Position numbers and translations under genes: made by a program. Under the pieces are notes generated by a model, which saw nothing but the letters and a program-made list of their open reading frames with translations, was not told where the DNA came from and did not search any database. This document shows, one piece after another, positions 17,496-25,830 of a stretch of DNA of 64,000 nt (its first letter is position 1; every line of letters begins with the position of its first letter). The stretch comes from a virus: the IMG/VR virus record IMGVR_UViG_3300009124_000003; one strand, given 5' to 3'.

Positions 17496-18809
17496 CTAGA
17501 GTATGATCTCTAGCTTTCTACGGAAGCCCCCATCGAGACCTGCCGTATAGTTGAACGCATGGACTGCGGAGTCTACCTGATCGTCATGAACCTGACCCTC
17601 GGGGAAAGCCGAATGCTCATCAATCCAATCGGTGTTCCATGGAGCCATCTTTAGACGGACATTGCCGTTTGCTGCGGCCGAAGACATTGGCTTAGCACGA
17701 ACTTCCTTAGCACCCGTGGCGCGAACTCCGGTGAAGTCAAGACCTGGCAGGACGTAACGAGCGTATTGATCAAGAAGGTTCTTGCCAGCCGATCCAGGTT
17801 CCTGCTCCATACGGATCGGCACTTCAGGTCCGTCTTCCATAGCGGTCTGTCTGATGCGGCGCTCCACTTCATCGCCTTCTTCACGGAAGCGCACAACATC
17901 CATCACGTAGGCAATACCTTCGTGGAATGCCATTAGCGTGCCCACCGACCAGTCAGGGTCAGGGTTACTGTGAGAGGGCTTTGTCGCTGCTAGATCCCAG
18001 AAGCGCACCCAACGGGTGTCTTTGTTAAAGTCGGGCAACTCGTTGTCTTCAAGGATCGTGAAGTTTTCACGGGGGAACATCGAACCGAGGCTAGACGCCC
18101 ACCAGTCACCGAACTCCAAACGCTTACGTTCCACAGGATCTAGTTCTTGCAGCGTCTCACGATATGATTCCACGTTGATGCCTGGGTTGTCTTCGAGAGA
18201 CGAAGGGATAAACAATCGACCCTTTTCTTGTCCTTCAACGATGAATCGTTGTCGGACCCAGTTTGGTGCAGGGTTGGTCGTGGCGCGCATTCGCAACGGA
18301 ATCTGGGACAAGGGGCCGGTTGCGGGCTGACGCAAACGGGAGAACAGGTATAGATAGTCGTCTTGCCGAATTTCGGTGACCTCATCGAAACCACAGAACT
18401 GAAATTCAGAGCCCTTGTAGCGAAGCTTGTCGTTGATGTTGTTGAGGTAACCGAATGTGACACGGGCGCCGGATGGGAACGTGGCGGTGTAGCTGTTGTT
18501 GTTCCATGTCACTTCGGGGTACTCAGACATCCAGTCTTTGAATCGGTCCATAAGGGCACCGGGGAGGGCAAGGTCGGAGTATGTTCTACGGAACATGATT
18601 GCCGAGTAGCCGGGCACATCGACGTATTGGAGCGCTGCCATGATAAGGGCGCTGGACTTACCACCACCGGCTGCGCCACCAAACAAAACTTCTCGTTGTT
18701 TTGTCATCAGGAACAGCTTTTGCTTAAGAGATGGGGTTTCTAGCCAGTAATCGCTTGGCCTTGGGGCCAAATGATCGTAGATTTTTTGCCAATCTGGGGG
18801 CTGTTGCAT
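17496..18809 (-). CDS. terL: Terminase large subunit
   Basis: GGAAGGGKS Walker A, FDEVTEI Walker B, ATTNP, WDLA and HDDQVDS nuclease motifs; SD GAGGA before ATG 18809. Confidence 0.95.
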   Translation of the reverse strand: MQQPPDWQKIYDHLAPRPSDYWLETPSLKQKLFLMTKQREVLFGGAAGGGKSSALIMAALQYVDVPGYSAIMFRRTYSDLALPGALMDRFKDWMSEYPEVTWNNNSYTATFPSGARVTFGYLNNINDKLRYKGSEFQFCGFDEVTEIRQDDYLYLFSRLRQPATGPLSQIPLRMRATTNPAPNWVRQRFIVEGQEKGRLFIPSSLEDNPGINVESYRETLQELDPVERKRLEFGDWWASSLGSMFPRENFTILEDNELPDFNKDTRWVRFWDLAATKPSHSNPDPDWSVGTLMAFHEGIAYVMDVVRFREEGDEVERRIRQTAMEDGPEVPIRMEQEPGSAGKNLLDQYARYVLPGLDFTGVRATGAKEVRAKPMSSAAANGNVRLKMAPWNTDWIDEHSAFPEGQVHDDQVDSAVHAFNYTAGLDGGFRRKLEIIL

Positions 18810-18859
18810 GATTTCCTCGGTTGTTGACGTTCGGCCGTTATATACCATACAATAGATGT

Positions 18860-19036
18860 ATGATGATGAACTGGCTCGTCAGGGTAATGACTTCTGTGGC
18901 TGCACCGTTTATTTCGGTGTTCCTTGGTATTATCCTAGTTGGTGTGGGCCTTAGTTTGTGGGTTCATCCCGGTCTCGGGATGGCATCGGCTGGTATTTTG
19001 CTGGTCGTTCTTGGTAAGCTTCTTGGAGATGATTAA
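18860..19036 (+). CDS. Small membrane protein preceding the portal
   Basis: Two hydrophobic helices; leaderless start behind TACAAT. Confidence 0.65.
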   Translation: MMMNWLVRVMTSVAAPFISVFLGIILVGVGLSLWVHPGLGMASAGILLVVLGKLLGDD

Positions 19037-20517
19037 TGGCTTGGAATAGCAAGGCATATAACTTGACAAATGTCCAGCCTCTTCAAGAGAAGAAGGTTCC
19101 TTTGGGCGCTCCCGCTGCTGTAGTGAATCGCACGGGATACGGTACTGTCGATCGTGGTTACAGGGATGGTTGGGACAGCGAGCGCGCTTACTCGGAGGCC
19201 ATGTCTAAGGTTACGTGGGTTTATCGCGCGATTGATGCTATTGCTTCGAATCAAGCTAAGCTTCCGATGATTCTTCGCTCCGATAACCGTCGTGACGGCG
19301 CTATCGTCACTGAGCACCCTCTACTCAGCCTGTTGAACAACCAGTCGAATATGGGCGAGGACGCCTATAACTTCCGTTACCGACTTTCTACGCAGCTTGC
19401 TCTAAGCACCCGTGGCGTGTTTATCGAAGTTATCCGTGATGGGTCTGGCGCTCCTTTGGCGCTTCAGCTTTTGCCGCCGCAGAGCACTGCTCCGGTACCC
19501 GACCCCAAAAAGTTTGTTAAGTATTTCGAGGTTAAGCTGACCGATCACAAGACCGTTAAGCTTCCCAAAGAAGATGTGATCTGGATTCGTCGCGCTCACC
19601 CACTGGACCCGTACTTGTCTATGACTCCGTTGGAGCCTGCTGGCATCGCTATCGAGATTGAGATGCTTGCTAAGATGTATAACCGAAGCTTCCTTCAGAA
19701 TGACGGCCGCCCTGGCGGTCTTTTGGTTGTTCGTTCGGAGATCAGCGACGAAGACAAGATGGAGCTGCAAAGTCGCTTCCGTGGCAATATTGCCCGTGCT
19801 GGCGCTGTCGGCGTTATCTCATCTGACGACGGCGCTGATTTCGTGGACACTGCCACTTCTCCTCGTGACGCCAACTACCAGGCAATGCGTGAGATCACTA
19901 AGGAAGAAATCCTTGCCGCATTCGGCGTGCCAGAGTCGATTATTGGTAACTCCTCCGGCCGTACGTTCGCTAACGCTGCTGAAGAGGGTAAGGTGTTCTG
20001 GCGTGAGACGATGCAGCCGCACATGGAGCTTATTGCCCGTCCACTGTCAATGCTCTCCCACGATCACGTGTTTGAGTTTGACACAAGCACGGTTCCTGTT
20101 TTGGTCTTGGCCAAGCAGGAGACGGCAATGTTCGCTATGCAAGAGTACCAGGCTGGCCTTATTAGCGTCAATGAGTATCGTGAGAATGTCGGCTTGAAGA
20201 AGGTCGAGTCTGATCTTGCCGATTCGTTGTTGTCTAACCCGAACCTTACCCCGTTGGCAAATACTGAAAAGCCGATGGATCAAGGCGGCGCCCCTGGTGC
20301 TCCCGGTGCTCCCGGCGCTCCCGGTGCCCCTGGCGCTGGACCGATCAATGATCAAAGCAGCATTCAGCAGCAAGTGACGGAATTTAATCCGGCAACTGGC
20401 CAGTTTGAGCCTTTGTCTCAAGGAACACAAAGCGTGGAGCTTGCTGCCGCCGCTGTTCCCGGTGAGGTTGACGAGTCTACTGAGCTGACCGGCGAGTCTG
20501 TTGTTCCAGGGTCCTAG
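19036..20517 (+). CDS. HK97-family portal protein
   Basis: VYRAIDAIA, RSFLQNDGRPGGLL, EILAAFGVP, ANAAEE; C-terminal (GAP)n repeat. Confidence 0.95.
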   Translation: MAWNSKAYNLTNVQPLQEKKVPLGAPAAVVNRTGYGTVDRGYRDGWDSERAYSEAMSKVTWVYRAIDAIASNQAKLPMILRSDNRRDGAIVTEHPLLSLLNNQSNMGEDAYNFRYRLSTQLALSTRGVFIEVIRDGSGAPLALQLLPPQSTAPVPDPKKFVKYFEVKLTDHKTVKLPKEDVIWIRRAHPLDPYLSMTPLEPAGIAIEIEMLAKMYNRSFLQNDGRPGGLLVVRSEISDEDKMELQSRFRGNIARAGAVGVISSDDGADFVDTATSPRDANYQAMREITKEEILAAFGVPESIIGNSSGRTFANAAEEGKVFWRETMQPHMELIARPLSMLSHDHVFEFDTSTVPVLVLAKQETAMFAMQEYQAGLISVNEYRENVGLKKVESDLADSLLSNPNLTPLANTEKPMDQGGAPGAPGAPGAPGAPGAGPINDQSSIQQQVTEFNPATGQFEPLSQGTQSVELAAAAVPGEVDESTELTGESVVPGS

Positions 20518-20519
20518 TC

Positions 20520-21248
20520 ATGGACTGGGATATCGAGACTAAGGACGGTTTCGTTCCCGACGCCGTTGAGTCGCGCATTGACCGGGTTTATAATGAGTTT
20601 CTGAATGAGCTTGAGAGTGATATGATTAAGGCTGTTGATGATTCTGCTCCCGCTCTTCTTCTTGGCGCTGGTACCGCCGGTCTGTTTTTGCCTTTGGCTG
20701 TGGCTAAGACGAACTTTCGTGCTGCTGTAATTCGTGGTGCTGAAGATGCCGCTATTGCAGGTGCCGAGTCTGAGGGCGCTGATGATTTTCCAATCTCTGA
20801 AGCCCGGATTGCCGCCGAGCAAGCTCTGACCCAATCAGAAGCGTCAGTCACCACGACTTACAGTTTGATTAATGCAGAGATTGAAAAGGCGGGTGACTTG
20901 TTGGGTGATGACGTTGATGTGGCTGCAAAGATCGTTGTGTTGAAGATGTTGATTCGTAAAGTGCTTGGCCGCCGCCGCCGCAACTCCATGTCTACGTCTA
21001 CGTTTATTGCTACTGCATCGTTTAATGCTGGTGTTTTGGTGACAGGGGCGCTACTGGGTAAGACAAAGAAGACTTGGTATACGTCCAGGGACGAGCGAGT
21101 TCGCGGTACGCACGCCACATTACATGGACGGACGGTTGATTTGTTCGAGTCTTACGATACGCCTTCTGGGCCGTTGCGTTTTCCTGGCGATCCGTTGGCG
21201 CTGCCTAGCGAAACAATTAACTGCCGTTGCAGGTTGCGTCTGTCGTAG
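20520..21248 (+). CDS. MuF/SPP1 gp7-like minor head protein
   Basis: KTWYTSRDERVRGTH..LHG, LRFPGDP, ETINCRC. Confidence 0.9.
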   Translation: MDWDIETKDGFVPDAVESRIDRVYNEFLNELESDMIKAVDDSAPALLLGAGTAGLFLPLAVAKTNFRAAVIRGAEDAAIAGAESEGADDFPISEARIAAEQALTQSEASVTTTYSLINAEIEKAGDLLGDDVDVAAKIVVLKMLIRKVLGRRRRNSMSTSTFIATASFNAGVLVTGALLGKTKKTWYTSRDERVRGTHATLHGRTVDLFESYDTPSGPLRFPGDPLALPSETINCRCRLRLS

Positions 21249-21371
21249 TTTATTGAAAAGGCCGCAAATAGTTTATTGAAACTACCGCTGTTGTGCTGAA
21301 TTGCTTGGGATAGAATAACTGTAGTTAGTTCGCCGCTAGCCAAGCTAGCCATTCCAAAAGGACCTATTCTG

Positions 21372-22535
21372 ATGGACATCAGTGAAGAGTTGAATCTGCG
21401 TACGGGCACCAAGGGCGCTCAGATCCTGAATGAAGCCGAAGGCATTGTTGAGGCTTTTGTTTCCGGTATTGGCAACAAGGATAGCGTGGGCGATATCGTT
21501 GAGCCTGGGGCTTTTCAGAAGTCTCTGGAACGTCGTCATCCTCGTGTGATCTGGTCGCATGACTGGAACCTGCCTGTCGGTAAGGTTCTGGAGATTTACG
21601 AGGTTAGTCCTGACGATCCGCGTCTCCCGGCCAAGATGAAGAAGGCCCGAATCGGCGGCCTCTACGCCAAGGTTCAATTCAATTTGCTTAGTGAGAAGGG
21701 CCGTGAGGCTTTCGCCTCTGTTGCTTTCTTCGGCAAGGATCAGGAATGGTCGATTGGTTACAAGACTCTTCGTTCTAAGTTTGACCCGATGGTAAAGGCT
21801 AATCGTCTTCAGGAAGTCGAGCTGTTTGAAGTTTCTCCTGTTCTCCACGGTGCGAATCAGCTCACGGGTACCGTTTCTGTTAAGACCGGCGAAGAGCTTG
21901 TTGATGAGAAGGGCGGCATGGGCGGTATGGCTCCTTCGGTTCTAGTTCCGGTCATGGACGAAGACGAAGAGAAGTATGGCGCTCCGGTTCCTGCTCCTGT
22001 TATGGACATGGATGAGGAAAAGCCTTACCATCATGGTGATGATGACGATGAGGAAAAGGGTCACATGTCTAGTATGATTCCCGCCATGCTTTCCCGCATG
22101 ATGGGTAACGCTGAGATTACTGTTCTCATGAAGGACAGCGAGAAGCTCGTGTTCCGTGCTGGCGATAAGACTTACATGATTCAGCTTGCCAAGGTTAATG
22201 GGCGAATGATGTTCTCTCTTCCGCTGCCGGTTACGGTTAATGTGGAGCCGATGGTTATGACTCGCAAGGAAGAGGAAGAGTATGAGGAAGAGGAAGTGGA
22301 AGAGATGCCTCAGGCTGATTCCGCTGCCGCTCCCACACCCATGGGCAACCTTGTTGTCAAGGTGAATGACGACGTGGATCTCGCTGAGATTGACGCTCTC
22401 AAGGTTTTGAATGTCAAGGTCGACGGTAACGAGATTTACTTCTTGTCAACCGACGGCGAGGACGTTCTGAAGAAGATGGTCTCCGAGGCGTTGTTCTCGG
22501 CAGGCGTTAAGTCCGTCGAAGGCCGCAGGGTCTGA
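21372..22535 (+). CDS. HK97-type prohead protease with acidic C-terminal extension
   Basis: DSVGDIVEPGAF, WSHD..PVG, WSIGY, LFEVSPVLHGAN. Confidence 0.95.
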   Translation: MDISEELNLRTGTKGAQILNEAEGIVEAFVSGIGNKDSVGDIVEPGAFQKSLERRHPRVIWSHDWNLPVGKVLEIYEVSPDDPRLPAKMKKARIGGLYAKVQFNLLSEKGREAFASVAFFGKDQEWSIGYKTLRSKFDPMVKANRLQEVELFEVSPVLHGANQLTGTVSVKTGEELVDEKGGMGGMAPSVLVPVMDEDEEKYGAPVPAPVMDMDEEKPYHHGDDDDEEKGHMSSMIPAMLSRMMGNAEITVLMKDSEKLVFRAGDKTYMIQLAKVNGRMMFSLPLPVTVNVEPMVMTRKEEEEYEEEEVEEMPQADSAAAPTPMGNLVVKVNDDVDLAEIDALKVLNVKVDGNEIYFLSTDGEDVLKKMVSEALFSAGVKSVEGRRV

Positions 22536-22589
22536 GGTTGACATCAAGTTAATGGTCCAATAGACTAGCTATAAAGTCTTTATTTAGGA

Positions 22590-24269
22590 GTGATTATGTC
22601 CGAATTGAACGAAAGCATTGAAGCCCTGGAGGCTTTCTCTGCACAGCTTATTGAGGCCGAGACCGATGTCAAGGCTGAAGATAGCGACGGTAAGTTGTCT
22701 TTTGAGTTTGACACTGCCAAGGAAGCTGAAATGATGGCTGAAAAGATCGGCTGCACTGGCTCCCACGAAGGTCGCGATGGTGTGTTTATCCCGTGCGCTA
22801 CCGAAGAGCGGTTCCAGGCTATCCTTGACGCCGAAAAGAGTGTTGAGGATGACGAAGTTGAGGTCAAGGAAGTTGATCGTGACGACGCTGCTGGTACCCG
22901 TGAGATGATCGAGGGTATCATTGATCTTGCTAATTCTGATGATGAGCCTGCTAAGGCTGCTGCGGCTCAGATGGAGTTTGATTCGGAGTCTGAGGCTGTT
23001 CTTGCTGCTGAGGTTCTGAAGTGCTCTGGTGTTCATCCTGGTGAGGGCGGGAAGTTCATGCCTTGCGAGACACATGATGCTCTTGTTGAGGCTGTTGCTG
23101 GTTTCGAGGCTCCGGCTGAGCCTATGGACATGAACCCTGAGAAGTCTGAAGATGAGGATGATCTTGAGGTCAAGTCTGAAGATGTTGAGGCTGCTGAGGC
23201 TGCTGACGCTGAGACCGCCGAGTTTGTTGAGGCCGAGGAAGAGGTTGTCGAAGAGAAGACTGCTGACGATCTACTTGACATGATGGAAGTTGAAGAAGAC
23301 GCTGAAGTTGAAGTTAAGTCCGAAGATCTCGCTGAGATGATGGACCCGTCCGATGAGGAAGAAATTTCCGAACTTGCTACTATTGAGGCTCTCGCTGTTA
23401 AGTCTGCTGGTGAAGGTGCTGAGGTTATCAACTCTGGTTTCTCACCTGCCGACAACACTTACGTCATCGACGTGAAGACTGGTGATGACACGATTCGTGA
23501 GTACTTCTACAGTGGCGACGGCGTCGAGAAGGGCTACCTTGTTGTTGAGGCTGCTGGCACTTCTGAAGACTTCATCTCCGAAGAGAAGGCGGCTGAGATC
23601 GCCGTTCAGTACAAGTCGGGCGAAGTTGTTTCGATCGAGCCGGGCCTGATTCTTGGCAACGACGCTTTCGTTGTTGAAATTGACGAAGTCGAGGGCAAGT
23701 CCTACGATGTGTTCGTTTCTCTGAAGGGCGAGATTCTTGGCCATGACGAGTACGAGATGTCGGTCATCCACGACGAGGAAGAGCTTGCTGAGATTAAGGC
23801 GCTTGAGGCTGAGCTTGAGATTAAGCGAATGTATGGCCGTCAGAAGCGTGAAGAGATGGCTGAGTCTGGTGAAGCTATGCAGGACGGTTCGTTCCCGATT
23901 GCGGACGAGGCTGATCTTAAGAACGCTATTCAGGCGCACGGCCGTGCCAAGGACATTGACGCTGCCAAGAAGCACATTGTGAAGCGTGCTAAGGCTCTTG
24001 GTCTTGAGGCTTTGATTCCTGCCGAGTGGGGCATGTCTCCCAAGGAAGATGATGAAGAAGAGAAGGGTCTTGAGTCGGCCGAGGAGATTGACGAGAAGAT
24101 CGCAGTCGCTGAGGTTGAAGGTGTTGTAGACACTGCCCTTGCAGATGCTGAGGTCGAGGTGGTTCCTACTGCGACTGAGGCCACTGAAGAAGAGGCCGAG
24201 GCTATTGAGGCTCTTGAGTCTGACGATGACCTGCTGGCTGAGTTCGCTGACTTGATGCGCGACATCTGA
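22590..24269 (+). CDS. Acidic modular head-associated protein (2 GCxGxH..PC micro-domains, PepSY-like repeats, DGSFPI domain)
   Basis: 559 aa, E/D-rich; promoter TTGACA-N17-TAGACT upstream. Confidence 0.7.
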   Translation: MIMSELNESIEALEAFSAQLIEAETDVKAEDSDGKLSFEFDTAKEAEMMAEKIGCTGSHEGRDGVFIPCATEERFQAILDAEKSVEDDEVEVKEVDRDDAAGTREMIEGIIDLANSDDEPAKAAAAQMEFDSESEAVLAAEVLKCSGVHPGEGGKFMPCETHDALVEAVAGFEAPAEPMDMNPEKSEDEDDLEVKSEDVEAAEAADAETAEFVEAEEEVVEEKTADDLLDMMEVEEDAEVEVKSEDLAEMMDPSDEEEISELATIEALAVKSAGEGAEVINSGFSPADNTYVIDVKTGDDTIREYFYSGDGVEKGYLVVEAAGTSEDFISEEKAAEIAVQYKSGEVVSIEPGLILGNDAFVVEIDEVEGKSYDVFVSLKGEILGHDEYEMSVIHDEEELAEIKALEAELEIKRMYGRQKREEMAESGEAMQDGSFPIADEADLKNAIQAHGRAKDIDAAKKHIVKRAKALGLEALIPAEWGMSPKEDDEEEKGLESAEEIDEKIAVAEVEGVVDTALADAEVEVVPTATEATEEEAEAIEALESDDDLLAEFADLMRDI

Positions 24270-24286
24270 TTCGGGGAGACGCTGAC

Positions 24287-25474
24287 ATGATGCGTCCTTC
24301 CGATGCAGAGTCGAGAATCAGACTTGCATCCGAGCTGTCCGGTTACCTTAATTCTAAGGTAGACGGCAGCTCCACTCCTGCTGCTACCCCGGAAACCGGA
24401 CTCGCTGGAAACAGCGACCCGGACCGGGGTAGTGGTCTTGAGGCAATGGTGGCTGTTTCAGCTAATCATTTGCGTGCTGGGTTTGATCCCACGCCTTCCA
24501 TTAATCGTTATGAGCCTGTTACTGATTCAAAGATTGAAGAGTATGGTATGGCTTTGCTTGATGGTGCTCCGATTGGGCAGGTGCCTGACAGTCATTTGAT
24601 GGGCGCTTTGGAGTTTGCTTCTGAGCGGTTCGATAAGCAGGTGCTGGTTTCAAAGGGTGGCCGAGAGTTGACAGTCCGTTACATTGACCGCCGTGATGAC
24701 GATAAGGCTTACTTTGTGTCTCACTCTCCTGCTGAGTGGGGCAGCCCGGATCAAGACTATCATTGTTTGATTGCTAACGAGGTCGCTTTCTTGCTTGGTC
24801 TTCCGGCTGCTTATATGCGTCCGGCTAACGCAGGTACTGATAGCGACACGCTTTTTGTTTTGACGCAATCTATTCAAGATGCTGTCGTGGGTGATATGCG
24901 TGAGCTGGAGGCTGACGTTCAAGACGGTACTTATGATCCGGTCGCTACTTTTGAAGCGGATGATTCGTCGGGTGTTCCTGAGCATCTTCTTAGTAATGTT
25001 GCCACGATGGCTGTGTTCGATTGGGTGACTGGTATTAACCGTATCACTACTAACATGTTGGTTATTCAGGACCGCAGCGGTAAGGCGCATTTGGTTCCGA
25101 TCGACAACCGTCGAGCAATGTCAGATGTTGCTTCGGCCGAGGAGGGTTTTGGTAACGAGTTCATTAAGAAGTTGAAGTCTAGCGGTTATTTGGCTTTGAT
25201 GGCTAACGAGGTTCAGGCACAGCGCGCGTCGGTTGACGGCGCTGTCGATGCGGTAATGGATGCTATTCGACGTGTTAACGATATGGATTTTGATATGCTG
25301 GAACGTCGTTTTGATGAAAACATTATGAAGCTGTATGTGCCCAGCCCGGACAGTGCCGCTTATGTTATTTACGGCGGATTCATTCCTGCTATTCAAGACA
25401 GGGCAGAGTCTCTTTCGAGGTTCCAGCCAATGAGGGATAGGTTGACGTCTGCGATTCGGGAGATGGTGCTGTGA
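24287..25474 (+). CDS. HipA/PI3-4-kinase-like fold protein with a degenerate catalytic loop
   Basis: ANEVAFLLGLP, VFDWVTGINRITTNML, LVPIDN resemble E..A..LG, D...N.DR..N and IDhG. Confidence 0.55.
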   Translation: MMRPSDAESRIRLASELSGYLNSKVDGSSTPAATPETGLAGNSDPDRGSGLEAMVAVSANHLRAGFDPTPSINRYEPVTDSKIEEYGMALLDGAPIGQVPDSHLMGALEFASERFDKQVLVSKGGRELTVRYIDRRDDDKAYFVSHSPAEWGSPDQDYHCLIANEVAFLLGLPAAYMRPANAGTDSDTLFVLTQSIQDAVVGDMRELEADVQDGTYDPVATFEADDSSGVPEHLLSNVATMAVFDWVTGINRITTNMLVIQDRSGKAHLVPIDNRRAMSDVASAEEGFGNEFIKKLKSSGYLALMANEVQAQRASVDGAVDAVMDAIRRVNDMDFDMLERRFDENIMKLYVPSPDSAAYVIYGGFIPAIQDRAESLSRFQPMRDRLTSAIREMVL

Positions 25475-25821
25475 AGTACGCAAAGTTTGAAGGACCAATG
25501 TTTCAAGGCGTTGTGCCGTCGCCTTTCGTTATTGTGTTCAAGAAAGGTGAGCTGCACGGTCACTATTTGGGCAAGCGCAAGCTACCTGTCTTGGGATACA
25601 TGAAAGCTGAGCTTGCTAAAGATCCAGAAGGGTTTGATTTCGAAAAAGCTGCTCACCGTGTTGGTGGGGTTTACTACAGAATCGGCGTGTACGACTTGAC
25701 CCCCCAGGTTGAGGAGGCTCTTCATCGCATGTATCCCATCAAAGATGCTCCTGAGAAGATGATTTCTTCTTCCCTAGAAGCCGCTGCTAAATGGGCACGT
25801 GGTGCCCGGAAGATGGGGTAA
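25471..25821 (+). CDS. Hypothetical protein coupled to the kinase-like gene
   Basis: GTGA overlap with the upstream stop; 116 aa. Confidence 0.7.
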   Translation: MKYAKFEGPMFQGVVPSPFVIVFKKGELHGHYLGKRKLPVLGYMKAELAKDPEGFDFEKAAHRVGGVYYRIGVYDLTPQVEEALHRMYPIKDAPEKMISSSLEAAAKWARGARKMG

Positions 25822-25830
25822 ACTATGGGT

